Part shown: piece after piece, positions 38,370-50,410 of the stretch | Position numbering within the stretch: the stretch's first letter is position 1 | Layout: each line of letters begins with the position of its first letter | NCBI GenBank assembly: GCA_013239625.1 | Contig: MU053365.1 | Span: forward strand, 2,204,115-2,268,114 | Length of the DNA: 64,000 bases | Reading direction: 5' to 3' | DNA from: Lama guanicoe | Taxonomy: Eukaryota | Made by a program: the position numbers and the translations under genes | The notes under the pieces: generated by a model | Seen by the model: the letters and a program-made list of their open reading frames with translations, nothing else | The model's database searches: none | Told to the model about the DNA's origin: nothing

Positions 38370-40235
38370 AACCCAACAACAACAAAAAAATACCAACCAT
38401 TTTTAAAATGGGCAAAGGACATGAATACACATTTCTCCAAAAAAGATATACAATGGCCAATAAGCACATGAAAAGAGGTTCAATACCACTAGTAATTATG
38501 GAAATACAAATCAAAATCAATGTGAAATGCCACTCCACACTCATTAGGATGGCCATTACCAAAAAAAAAAAAAAGGCCAGAATATGACAAATGTTGGAGA
38601 GGATGTGGACAAATTGGAACACTTGTACATTGCTGATGGGAATGTAAAATGGTGCAGCTGCTGTAGAAAAGAGTACGGCGGAACAGGCACTTGAAAAGGT
38701 GCTCACCATCACTAACCATCAGAGAAACGCAAATCAAAACCACAATCAGATACCACCTCACACCCGTCAGAATAGCCATCATCAGAAAGACAAGAAACAA
38801 CAAGTGTTGGATGAGGATGGGGAGAAAAGAGAAACTTCATGCACTGTTGGTGGGAATGTAAATTGGTGCAGCTGCTGTAGAAAAGAGTATGGAGGCTCCT
38901 CAAATAATCAAAAATAGAACTACTATATGATCCAGAAATTCTACCCCTGGGTATTTAGCTGAAGAAAATGGAAACACGAACTTGGAAACATACATGCACT
39001 CCAATGTTCATTGTAGCACTATTTATAATAGGCAAGATATGGAAGCAACCTAAATGCCAATCAAAAGATGAATGGATAAAAAAGATGTGAGATATATACA
39101 CACATACACACACACACACACACACATACATTTGTCTATATAATGGAATATTACTCAGCCATAAAAAAGAATGAAATCTTGCCGTTTGTGACAACATGGG
39201 TGGGCCTAGAGAATGTTATGCTAAGTGAAATAAGTCAGACATATAGACAAATACCATATGATTTCATTTACATGTTAAATCTGAAAAACAAAACTAATGA
39301 TCAAGCATAACAAAACAGAAACAGACTCATAGATAAAGAGAACAAACTGATGGTTGCCAGGGGGTGGAGGTAGAGGGATGTGTGAAATAGGTGAAGGGGG
39401 TAAAGAGCTACAAACTTGCAGCTAAAAAATAAATAAGTCACAAGGATATACTGTACAGTGTAGGGAATATAAGTCAATAATATTATAATAACTTTGTATG
39501 GTGACAGATGGTAACTAATCATACTGTGGTGATCATTTCATAATGTATATAATATCAAATCATTAAGAGGCACACCTGAAACTAATATAATATTGTCAGT
39601 AATTTATACTTCAATAAAAAAAGAAAGAAAACAGTATAGTGGTTCCTTAAAAAATTAAAAATGGAATTACCATAAGAACCAACAATTCCTGTCATAATTA
39701 TATATCTGAAAGAATTAAAAGCAGGGACTCAAACAGATATTTGTACACCAATGTTCACAGCAGCATTATTCATAATAGCCAAAAGGTAGAAACCACCCAA
39801 CTGCCCATCGATAGATGAATGAATAAGTGAAGTGTGGCATATACATATAACGGAATATTATTCAGCCTTGGAAAAGAAGGAAATTTTGGTACAGGCTACA
39901 ACATGCATGAACCTTCAAAACATGCTATGTGAAATAAACCAAACATACAAGGACAAATATTATATGATTCCACTTATATGAGGTACCTAGAATAGGCGAT
40001 TCACAGAGAAAGTAGAAGAGAGATTACCAGGGGCTGCAAGTAAGAGGAAATGGAGAGTGACTGTTTAATGGGTAAAACATAGGCTTGGGTTAACAAAAAA
40101 GTTCTGGGGATAGATAACGGTGATGGCTGCACAACACTGCAAATTACTTAATGCCACTGAATTGTACACCAAGAAGTGGATAAAAGGGTACATTTTATGT
40201 ATGTTTTGGCATGATAGAAAGATTAAAAAATTAAA
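38370..40235 (+). mobile_element. L1MB-like 3' fragment (host of a nested L1)
   Basis: aaaatgggcaaaggacatgaatacacatttctcc...; resumes at 39626; 3' UTR ggtgatggctgcacaaca...aatgccactgaattgtacac. Confidence 0.9.
38682..39625 (+). mobile_element. Younger L1 3' fragment nested in the L1MB-like element
   Basis: Second copy of the ORF2 C-terminus plus a distinct 3' UTR and A tail. TSD agaaaagagtacggcgg (38665-38681) / agaaaacagtatagtgg (39626-39642). Internal (CA)n near 39100. Confidence 0.88.
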
Positions 40236-40289
40236 ATTAACTTGCAGAGCTAGAATTTAGAGCTTTAGAAATATGACTAGAATGATATA

Positions 40290-40530
40290 TGGCAGAAAAC
40301 AATGTACAGAACATGAGAGGCCAATAGAGATGAGTTCAAATCCAGGGCATACTTGGGATGGTTCTTACCCTCTCCGAGTTCCCACTGCCTTGTCCGGAAG
40401 AGGAGGGTAATAATAGCACCTGCCACAGAAAGTTACTTGGTGCAACGATATGACGTAATCCACGAAAAGCACTTAGGACGGTGTCTAGCACGTGCTAAGC
40501 GCACCACAGAGTATTATTATTCTTATCACC
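40290..40530 (+). mobile_element. MIR SINE
   Basis: gagttcaaatcc...gagggtaataatagcacctgccacag...aaagcacttaggacggtgtctagcac. Confidence 0.8.
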
Positions 40531-41694
40531 AACAAAAGTAAGTGAGTATCTCTTATGTACTCAAGGCTGAATGTTAAGCTAATAAATGTGCAATTTATTC
40601 TGCTAAGAATGTAGAGGACTTTTTTGAGCAAGAAATAGCCTTGGTGACAGGCAGATTTTACACAGCGAACTCTAGGGGCGGTAGAAAGGAAAGAGATTTT
40701 GTTTGAAAATCACTGGTTGAAATGGCAGGTGAGCTCACACAGTGAACTGCCAGAAGATGAATGGGTCGGGGTAGCAGCTGGGTCACTACTTAGCAGGTTT
40801 GTCTACATTATCCCTATTCACTATGACTGGCCAGTCTAAGGGGGTAGAATGACTAATTCAGTGTGGTTGAGACAAAATGCCTACAGGTATTGTAAAGGTT
40901 AACACAGAAGAAGGGAGCTACGGAACTGATTTCTCGTCTCTTCATTTCCCATCTTGATGTAAATACTAACTCAACATTTAAAAGTGTAGTGCCTATTTCA
41001 AAACTATCCCAAAACCAAAGCAGTCATCCTCTTCTTCCTACTAGATTTCTCTTTGCTTTTCTTTGCTGTGAAGACTGTTAACCCTGCTGAAACACAAACT
41101 ACAAATCAATTTACAGTGGTTTACATATACTACAAAGGTAAAACTCAGCCTCCATGTTAGTCTAAATTTAAACTGAATTTAAAAATTCATTTAATTATCA
41201 ATCAATTAAGTTGAATCATAGATTATCGATTAAATTAATCATTTAATTACCAATTAAATTGAATTTAAAATTAAATTTAAGTTTGAAGAGAAAATTATCC
41301 GGACCATGGAAGAAAATAATTTGTGAGTATCAGACATGCTCTAGAATCACCCTGAGATGAAGTAAATTCATTAATAAGTGAACTAGTGGCTGGTAACATT
41401 GCTTTTGGCCACTTCACTTCCTGACAATTTATTTAGAGCCAGAAGCTGTATTTTAAAATTCAAGCAACATTGAAAAACATGCAGGGCTGGTATAATTTAA
41501 AAAATGAATTAAACTGTTTTTAATTCCAAAAAATGAATAAAAATTGTTAACAAAGAAACCCACTTAACAACTGCAAAATTTTCCCAGCATTTCTAGAAAT
41601 TATCAAAAATATTTTATAAGAAGAATAAATGGCCAGAAATGCATAAAAGCGCATAAGCACATTTCAAAAGTGCTCAGGGTACACAAAACTTAAC

Positions 41695-41739
41695 TGTGTG
41701 TGTGTGCGTGCGTGTGTCTGTGTGTGTTTGTGTGTGTGT
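41695..41739 (+). repeat. Imperfect (TG)n microsatellite
   Basis: Directly visible. Confidence 0.9.
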
Positions 41740-41899
41740 ACAGCTGTAGAGTTACAGGAGATAATTCAATCTTGACACATGCTGATTTGTCTGGTTTGAT
41801 TTTCATCAACTTCTTTTCTTTGCCAGTATCTTTTTGACAAATTCACCCACAGTTCTGCCAAAAACGGATTGGAGTTGAAGGAGCCAGGAAGAAGAGAGG

Positions 41900-42015
41900 A
41901 GACGCTGCTTCAGTCTCCCAAGAGTGAAGCGAGGCGGGCTCGGACCAGCGCCCCGAGAGGAGGCTCCGCGTTCTCTAGGCTGAACGGCTCCTCCCAGGAG
42001 GCGGGCCCGGCGCCT
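41900..42015. promoter_or_regulatory. Small CpG-rich patch with two GC-box-like motifs (candidate regulatory element)
   Basis: Locally dense CpG with two gaggcggg motifs in otherwise CpG-poor DNA; no functional evidence. Confidence 0.3.
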
Positions 42016-42644
42016 TTGCTTATTCTGCCTGTAGGACCTGCCACACTCTATTCTAATTACCTGCTTGCTTATGCTTTCCCCACTGGACCCCAAGCTAAAT
42101 GGCAAAACTTTTTTTTCGTTACTATATCCCCCATGTCTATTAGAGCGTCTGGCGCATAGTACGTCCTCCAAAATGTTTGTCGAAGCAAGGAAATCTTTCC
42201 CTGATTCTCATGACTCGCTAATGGACACTTTTCCCCCTCCCACGTTCTGCAGCATCTTCTATGGAAGATTCTTCAGTGAGTCTCAATTCTGGAACAGTAC
42301 TGAAGTAGAGAATTCAAATGGGGGTTCTTTCTAAGTGAGTTCAGCATTCTTTCCAACTGAGTGTCCACTTGCATTCACCAGGCAAATAGACTGTTCAGAA
42401 ATGCAAACGGATCCAAAGCAAATATGAGAGCGGCAAAATGTAAAGGAAGTTGGCAAACTACATCAAGCAAGCACAGCTGCTCCAGGGGACTGCGGAGAAA
42501 ACAGATGCTAGGGTTACACGTGCAGCTGAGTTACCACCGCAAAGTGGTAGAGGCTGAAGATTGCAAGAAGTTCAAGGAAAAGCAAGCACGCTCCCTTAGT
42601 GACATGCATACAGCGACAGGCACGGTGCACTGCGTGCCTCCTCC

Positions 42645-42832
42645 TCGCTAGGCGTGTTCTAACTTCTCCAACCGACATACAAGATAGGTACCACTGTAAG
42701 TCCTGTTTCACAAATGAAGAAGCTGAGGTGCAGAGAAGGTAGGGAACTTTGCTAAGGACATACAGCAAGAAAAGGAAGAGCTTGGATGTGACCTCAGGTC
42801 CTCTGTCTCCAGATCTGTGAAGTCATCCACTG
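42645..42832 (-). mobile_element. MIR SINE
   Basis: cctgtttcacaaatgaagaagctgaggtgcagagaaggtagggaactttgctaaggacatacagc. Confidence 0.8.
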
Positions 42833-43306
42833 TCCTATGTGAATTAGAAAAAAAACACGGTTCTGCACCCAGAACCTCGCAATTAGAAAGGATAACTATC
42901 CCGAAGCTTCCCATGATGGCAAAGCAGGCCTTCTAGCCCGAGGGCACTGTCCCTCTGACTCTGGCGGGGTGGAGGGACTTTAGGGTCCTAGAACAGTCTG
43001 TTCTCGTGTAGTCAACGAGAAGAACTCTGAGCAGCATTCCCACGACGAAATCTGGTTCATTCACAGAGAGTTGGCAACACCAAGAGTCCGTCCACTTCTT
43101 ATCCCCACTGAGGCAAAACCAGGATGACTCAAATGGACCTACTATTAACCTGCGTCCTGATGTGCTCTCAAGTCCCTCCCATCTCTCAATCCTGTCATCC
43201 ATAAAGTGAGGATGATGCTGATCTCGACCTCACACGGCTATTGCGGGCATTATTGCACGAAAAGTAGTAAGTACAGTACCCGGCACAAAATGAGTACTGT
43301 TGAGCA

Positions 43307-44468
43307 CAGCTATACTTTGTTTTATTGCACTTTGCTTTATGGAGGTTCATAGATATTAAAGTTGATACAAATTGAAGGTCTGTGGCAACCCTGTGCCAAA
43401 CAACTCAGTCGCTGCCATTTTTCCTACAGCATTTACTCACTTCCTGTCTCTGTGTCACATTTTGGTAATTCTTGCAATATTTCAAACTTTTTCGTTATTA
43501 TTATATTTGTGATGATGAGCTGTGATCAGTGATCTGTGTATGTTACCACTGTCATTATTTTGAGACCACAAACCGTGCCTACATAAGACAGTGAGCTTAA
43601 TCAACAAAGGTCATGTGTGTCCTTATTGCTCCACCAACCGGCAGCTCCTCCCCCTCCCTCCCCCTCCCCTCAGGCCTCCTGAATGCCTGAGACACAACAT
43701 AATTGAAGTCAGACCAATAAAAAAACCTACAATGGCCCCTAAGTGGTCAAGTAAAAAGAAAGATTGCAAATCTTTCACTTTAAATCAAAAGCCAGAAACA
43801 ATTAAGCTTAGTGAGGAAGGCATGTTGAAAGCTGAGACAGGTTGGAAGTGAGGCCTCTGCATCAGACACTTAGCCAAGAATGCAAAGGAAAAGATCTTGA
43901 AGGAAATTAAAGTGATCCCACGAATGATAAGAAAGTAAAACACCCTTATGCTGATATGGACAATGTTTTAGGAGTCTGGATAGAAGATCAAACCAGCCAC
44001 AACCTTCCCTTAAGTCACAGCCTAGTCCAGAGCAAGACCCTAACTCTCTTCAGTTCTATGAAGGCTGAGAGGGGTGAGGAAACTGCAGAAGAAAATTTGC
44101 AGTGAGCAGAGGTTGGTTGATGAGGTTTAAGGAAAGAAGCCGTCTCCATTACATAAAAGTATCAGTGCTGATGCAGAAGCTGAGGCAAGTTCTCCAGAAG
44201 ATCCAGCTCAGAGAATTCATGAAGGTGGCTGCACTAAACAAGAGATTTTCAATGTAGATGAAACAGCCTTCTATTGGAACAAGATGCCATCTAGGACTTT
44301 CATAGCTAGAGAGGAAGTCACTTCTTGAGATGGAATCTACTCCTGGCGAAGATGCTGTGAAGATTATGGATATAACAACAAAGGGTTCAGACTATTACAT
44401 AAACTTAGTTGCTAAAGCAACAGCAGGGGTTGGCAGCATTGACTCCAATTTTGAAAGCTCTACTGTGG
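43307..44468 (+). mobile_element. Tigger1 DNA transposon, internally deleted and 3'-truncated
   Basis: 5' end cagctatactttgttttattgcactttgcttta...; transposase N-terminus remnant MAPKWSSKKKDCKSFTLNQKPETIKLSEEGMLKAETG; ttttcaatgtagatgaaacagcc (FNVDET motif); jump to 3' sequence near 44320. Confidence 0.93.
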
Positions 44469-46065
44469 ACTTTTCTCGTGCTGGAATTTTTAAATGTAAT
44501 GTAAATTAGTCTCCCCAAAACTACATGATTGTTTTTATTAAACCTGCCAGATATGTTTATTGTTGACTTGCAAACTTCCTCCCCGAAATGGGGTCTCTCT
44601 AGAGGTAGGGACTGTGTCTTGTCCCTCTCTTTCAGCCGGTCCCATAACCCTTTCCAGACCCAGCGCACAGCTGCGGATAACAGAGTGCGCTCACTGAGAC
44701 AAACAGCCAAACAGGAGGGAAGTAAGAGCCCCACCATTAGCATCGCGTTCCACCCACGGGCTTCACTCGGTGGACATCTGTGGCCAAGTGGGGGGCGTGG
44801 GTGGATACTTTGGGTTGGCCCTAGTACCTGGCCTCAGCAAGCTCGCTGTGGAGCAGGAAGATTAACATGTACACAAAGAACTATAATATAGTGAACTATG
44901 TGATGAACACCATGAGGAAAGTAGAAAAAAGCCCCAGCAGAGGATTGAGGGAAATGATTTCCTACTATTGGATTAGGGGAGGCCTGCATGGAGGAGGGGG
45001 CATACACCTAAAATTATAGTAACCTGAATCATTTAAGAAAGTAAGTGATAAATGTTTCTGTTTGTACACAGTATGAATTATGTTCTAATAAAAATGAGCT
45101 AGGAAAGCAGGAGAGATTTGTCCTTACTTTTTATACTAGTAAGTACAGAATCCATAGGCAGATTCTTTGATATAAAAACATTCTCCAACTAATAAAACAT
45201 CAGCAGTACATTAAAAATTCTCAGGGAGGAGAACTATGAAATAAACATAATAAATCACTTTAATGGTAATAAAACCAAGACAAATCAAAGTCCAAGCGTT
45301 GACTTCCCAGCTGTCTTTGAACAATTTTGTATCTTGAGAACAAATGTCGACGTAATTCCAAAAACTTAGGAAGGACAGCATGTAAATATTATATTAAACA
45401 GTTTTTCATTTAAAAGACTTGCCTGCCTCCCATTTCATAGCTTCCCCATTCAGAATGTGAATTGCCTGGAAGTTGCTTTGTTTTATTCTTTCTGGCGCAT
45501 ATGCTTTTAGAGAATTGTGTTGCTGAATACTAATTCAGAGATTCTTCTTACATTTTCTAATTCCCTAGGTGGAGTTTAATTTCTTTGTTATGACTACTCA
45601 AGCTTTTTGAAATAAAATAGAATTTAAGGCTCACAGATTTATCCTTACTTTGGGGCATCTTAAAGTCTACTGATAGCAAATGCTAGGCACAAGTTACCCA
45701 CAGGTTTAATGCTTCCCACTTTTCTCTTGCTAATGAAATGTTTGCACAGCTGCTGTAGTATGTACAGGAAGATTAAAACCTGCTGTCACTTTGTTAAGAG
45801 AAACCTGGGGGAGATTTAACACATCTGGCCTGGGGATTAAGGCAACCTGGTAAAATCAAAATTGCCCATTAGTTTACAGGAACGTCAACCTGGGGACTGG
45901 AAGCAGGAAGGAAGATGTGCTGACCTTTAAAACTGACCAAAATCAATTACCCCATGTCCCTGTCAACACTTCATGACTTGTACTTAAGCTGTAGCCACCT
46001 TTAATACGCCTATGAATTGCTATCTGAAAACAAGTTTTTCGTTGGCTTAAGATGGGGTAAAACAA

Positions 46066-46207
46066 AATGATCATTATGTTATGCGAGGAAGGTGTCAGCT
46101 AATTGTCTGATGGTAATCGTCTTGCAATATATGAATGTATCAAATCAACACCTTAAACTGACACAGTGTGACATGTCAATTGGATCTCAAAAATTAAAAA
46201 AAAACAA
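46066..46207 (+). mobile_element. Short L1 3'-end insertion
   Basis: tggtaatc...tgcaatatat...tatcaaatcaacaccttaaac...tgtcaatt...A tail. TSD aagatggggtaaaacaa (46049-46065) / aagatgaggtaaaataa (46208-46224). Confidence 0.8.
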
Positions 46208-46399
46208 AAGATGAGGTAAAATAACCGAGCTGAGAAAGCAGTTTCCCATCTGAATAGCAAATGTGGTTCGTGTCAAGCAAGTTACAGTCCTTGAGAAAAA
46301 AATTTAATTAAAATAAAATAAAATAGCAAGCCACTGGGCTAGATCAGATGAGTCCTTTGACAAAGTGTGTCCTGAGTGTGACACAGAAGGAAGGCAAAT

Positions 46400-47730
46400 G
46401 TTCCCAGAGAGACGCAGCTCTGGCAACGGCTAAGGCACTGCTCTGCATCTCCGCGTCGAGCCGTGTGAGCAGGGGAGGGTGCAGATTCGGGACGGAATGG
46501 CTTGTCACTCACCTGAAGGCTAAAACAGCTCCTGTCTGTAAGCCTGCACAGCCTTCCGAGCGAGTCAGCCACGGGCAGAGCTGAGGGCGGGCGGAAAGCA
46601 GCAGACCCAGCAGGCTTGGACGACTTCGCATCTGGACTCTTCGTACTTGAGTGCGTCTTGCACTGAGGAAACCCAGCAGGCTTAGGGCGGCAGACAGGGG
46701 AGGAGAGAGGCCGAGAAAGTTGAACAACTTGCTCCAGGCCAGCAAGCTGGCTTTGAAAGTGCCAGGGAGGAAGGGTCTCGACCTCTTTGTCCTGACCACC
46801 AGGCCAAGATCCCTGCAACAAAGCGTGCTGCTCGTGGAACACCAGGAGACGCCCTCTGGTCGAAGGACACCGAAGAGGGGCGTGGGTACAGCTCAGTGGC
46901 AGAGCAGGTGCTTAGCACGCAGAAGGTCCTGGGTTCCTTCCCCAGTGCCTCCAATTAAAAAACAAATAAAGAAAGAACTATAAAAATTATTTTTTAAAAA
47001 AAGGAAGACCAAATGAAAGAAAAACAAGCAAAACCCACAACCATTGAAAATAGAGTCCAGTGGGTTGAATGGATTCAAGAAACTGAAGAGAAAACAGTCA
47101 GCATTCATCAGCCCCTAACTCACTGGCAGGGCCGTCCGGGCGCCCATGCCCACGCCCGGGCAGCGCCGGAGCAGCTCTCGGGGGAGCCTGGGTGTTCCCC
47201 TCTCCTGTCTCCTCTGATCCTTTTTGGATGGAGAAGCTCTCCCACAGCCGGGTGGGCGTAACCATTAGTGTAAGAACCTTTGGGCCCAGTGGGGTCCTTC
47301 CGCATAGATGGTAGTGGCTGGTCTGTGTTTTCAAAGTATCCGAATAGGAAACTCTCCGCCCTATTTCCTTCAAGAACCACTCCTAGGTCAAGTTCGTGCT
47401 TCACTTCTTCACTTGCAAGTACTGTTACTGTTGGTCAACAGTCGCTCTAAGATGAAGGGCAGTTGGCTTTCAGAAGTCACCCGGCTAAATTCGACTGGCA
47501 GACAAGGACAAGACAGCAGATGGACGCTGCTGGAAAGTCGTGCCTCTCTCTCGCTCCTCCTGCCACCTGCTGCCAGACCCTGCTGCTTGTCCTCCGCACA
47601 GTCTGCTCTGTAGCTCAGCTTCCTGTCTGTCACTGCCGTCCCCGCAGCTCAGCGGGCTGCGACCACAGCCACCCCACCGCTCTCCCTGGGCCAGGCCTTG
47701 CCGCAGAACTCATCCTCAGGCACACGCCGA
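46400..47730. promoter_or_regulatory. GC/CpG-rich promoter-like region
   Basis: Longest CpG-enriched stretch in the window, with gggcgg boxes and a consensus minus-strand splice donor CAG|GTGAGT at 46513/46512. Confidence 0.4.
46877..47002 (+). mobile_element. tRNA-derived SINE (camelid type)
   Basis: gggg...acagctcagtggcagagc (A box)...cctgggttccttccccag (B box)...cctcca, then an A-rich tail. Confidence 0.85.
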
Positions 47731-47859
47731 GGTCACACTTGTTAATTTGACATGTTGACCACTTCTCTCTGCTCATCCCTTGAAGTGTGTCATCTTTCTG
47801 GGAACTCCAAGGGGGCTAGGATAGCAAACCAAATCTTGTGATGTGTTGTTTGATATGAG

Positions 47860-48095
47860 TAAATGATTGAAAATAGCCCAGACCCCGGAGCCTTGGTTTG
47901 CTTGGGTCCTAAACCCTTGTAGTGCCACTTACTGGCTGTGCGGTCACATGTCTGTGCCTTTGTTCCCCCAAATGTACAGCGCAAACGATGATGATACTTC
48001 CCTCACAGGGTTGTTAGGAGAATTACATGGATGAATATTTGTAAAGTGCTCAGAACAGTGCCTGACAGTTTGTAAAGGTTACTTTAGTTAAATAA
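47860..48095 (+). mobile_element. MIR SINE
   Basis: ttgggtcctaaacc...gccacttactggctgtg...cctcacagggttgttaggagaatta...gtaaagtgctcagaacagtgcctg. Confidence 0.85.
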
Positions 48096-48374
48096 AAATG
48101 CATAAATATGAAATACCATAAATATGGCTGCAAATATTTCTGCTTTTCCGATATGTACATGAGAAAACAATTCTTGCTCAATAGGAAGGTAAAAATATCT
48201 ACAGTGACCACCACAATTTCAAATAGTATGCTCTTTCTTTGTAATAATACCTGTAGATATCGCTATTTTAAACCATTTGCTATTAGGACAAACCATGCTT
48301 TTACAAGGTCTTTCTCAGGACCACTGAGGTTGTTTAAAATAAGCCACTGGTTTTTGAGCAATGCCTTCTACATG

Positions 48375-48715
48375 CTATATACCTGCGTCTCCCTAGGTCT
48401 TCCCTCTCTGCTTCAGTGGTCCTTGGAATCCACCTTTTCCTGTCGTAACCCTGCACATCCCTCAAGGCTCCAGTGACATGCTCTTTGCTATCCACGGGCC
48501 CCCAAGCAGGGATGGTGGCTTCCTCGCTTGTCCTCCCCCGTGACAGCGCGTCATGCGATCAGAAGTGCAGCGCGGGCTCCGAGCTTCGCGCATCCCTCCT
48601 CACTGGGCTGAGAATGACCAGAGGACGGGAGCTGCTTTCATCCATCGCTGTGCCCTCGGGGCCTACATAGCTCAGGGTCCGGCAAGGATCGCTGCTCAGC
48701 CAACACGGAACTGAC
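48375..48715 (+). mobile_element. L2 LINE 3' end, unusually CpG-rich
   Basis: ccttggaatccacctt...catccctcaaggctccag...ctcactgggctgaga...catcgctgtgccctcggggcctacatag...gctcagccaac follows the L2 3' layout. Confidence 0.65.
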
Positions 48716-48979
48716 TTGTAAAGTGACTCGTTTCATTTGGCTTTCTTACTTTTAGGTCCACTAAGTGGCATTTGGAGAGTATGAATGACAGACTCTCTTG
48801 TCTAGTTATTTAAAAATCCAAGGACAGTAATGATACTTACACATTTAGTGCTACTTCCCTCTCTCAGGAAAAGCACTACTTCCTCAGGAGTTCTGTGACG
48901 ATGCCTGTCTTGCCCTCGGCCTGCTCTCCCATGACACACCCTTGGCAGCCTTGCTTTCAGATCTCCATTTCCCTGCACA

Positions 48980-49390
48980 CTACTCCAAAGCTGGACCCCT
49001 ATCAGCCCCGTGCATAGACCCTGCTGGAGACCCCAGTGCTTGTATCCACAGGAAGACTGCATCTCCCAGTGGCCCTGAGATTTAGGAGTAGACATATGTC
49101 TGAGTTCAGCTACAGGCATGTGAGTAGCAGTGAAATGTGCCCCTCCCGGGCCTGGCTCATCTCTCTCTCATTCTCTGTCTGCTCACTGAATGAGAGAGAC
49201 CTCCAAGGACCAAGAAGATGGTAAAGTTCAAGATGAAAACAGCCCGGTGTCCTGAATGATGGTATGAAGAAAAGCCTCTTCCACCACCCCGTATGGGACT
49301 GTGTTCAGAGCAAAAGTTAAATTTTTAAAAGGTTAAGCCATCCAGATTTTAGGGCTGCTGTTTACAGAAATTAGCATTCCGACTAACATA
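48980..49390 (+). mobile_element. MaLR solo LTR (MLT1I/J-like)
   Basis: agactgcatctcccag...atgtgagtagcagtgaaatgtgccc...gttaagccatccagattttagggctgctgtttacag...gactaacata. Confidence 0.75.
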
Positions 49391-50169
49391 TCTCAGCCCC
49401 TACCAGAGTGTCAGTCACACGGCAGTCTCCTAGTTAATGGCAGATGATGGATGAGTGAATGAATGACTAGACTGAACCACTGTTAGCTAAGTGAGGAAAG
49501 AAATTCATCTCTAAGACCCTGAGTTCCTTCTGACTATAAGAAACTAGAGAAGGGACAAGGAAACCCAAACAAGACGTGAACCAAACCAACGTAAACACGC
49601 AGAGGTCTGTTCTTGGAGCGGGTGACCAAGCAGTGCTGAGCTGACAACTCCCAGACTCAAGCCACCAGATCTGCCCGGGCCCACTTGCCTTTCCTGGCCA
49701 CCATTCTCTTCACTGCCAGTCCGCCTCATGCATTCAGGATGCTTTTGCTTCTCTAGATTTTAGAGCCTGGACCTTCTTGCCTGCCCTTAGCCACTGCCTC
49801 CCATATGGCCATGAACTCCAATATGTCTGTAACTTGGAAAACAACTGGGAGGTTAAGGTTTATGTTTTCTGGATTATAGTCAGTTTGCCACTCCTGATGA
49901 ATAAGCATTTGCAAGTAATCATGTTGATTGTATTTATCCGGTTGGATTTGGAGACCTCTACCCTAATATCTGGAGCACAAAGTAGCATTTCGCCATCTGA
50001 AGTAGGAACGTGTAGACTTATAGGATGTAAAGTATTCATATTGAGTATTTACACCACACGACCTCAATTCATCACAGTACCTCAATGGCACTTGAGCACT
50101 GTCTCCTTCCCCAGTGATGGGGAATGAAGCCAGAGACAGTAAAAGGGCCCAGATCTTCCAGGACATCAC

Positions 50170-50410
50170 CTCTAATGTTATTTTATCTTGAGACCCCTGA
50201 GGAACCATTGAAGGGGTTTTATAAGAGGTACGATATGATCTGATTTTTGTCTTTGAAAGATCACCCTGGCTGCTGTGTGGAGAATGGATGTGAAGAGGTA
50301 AGGCTATAGATAGGGAGAAAAGTCAGTGGACTGTTGCAAAGGTAAAAATGATGAGGTCTGAAATGAAGGCAGCGTCTGTGGGTGCAAAGAGAGAAGGATG
50401 GATTGAAAAC
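50170..50410 (-). mobile_element. L2 LINE fragment
   Basis: ggaaccattgaaggggtttt...tgatctgattt...ttgaaagatcaccctggctgctgtgtggagaatgga. Confidence 0.85.

Noticed and set aside
43591..44330. CENP-B/Tigger-like ORF as a domesticated TIGD gene
   Set aside because: Early stop, frameshifts and an internal deletion; a decayed Tigger1 copy.
46877..46952. tRNA-like sequence
   Set aside because: Degenerate B box and A-rich tail; it is a SINE head rather than a tRNA gene.
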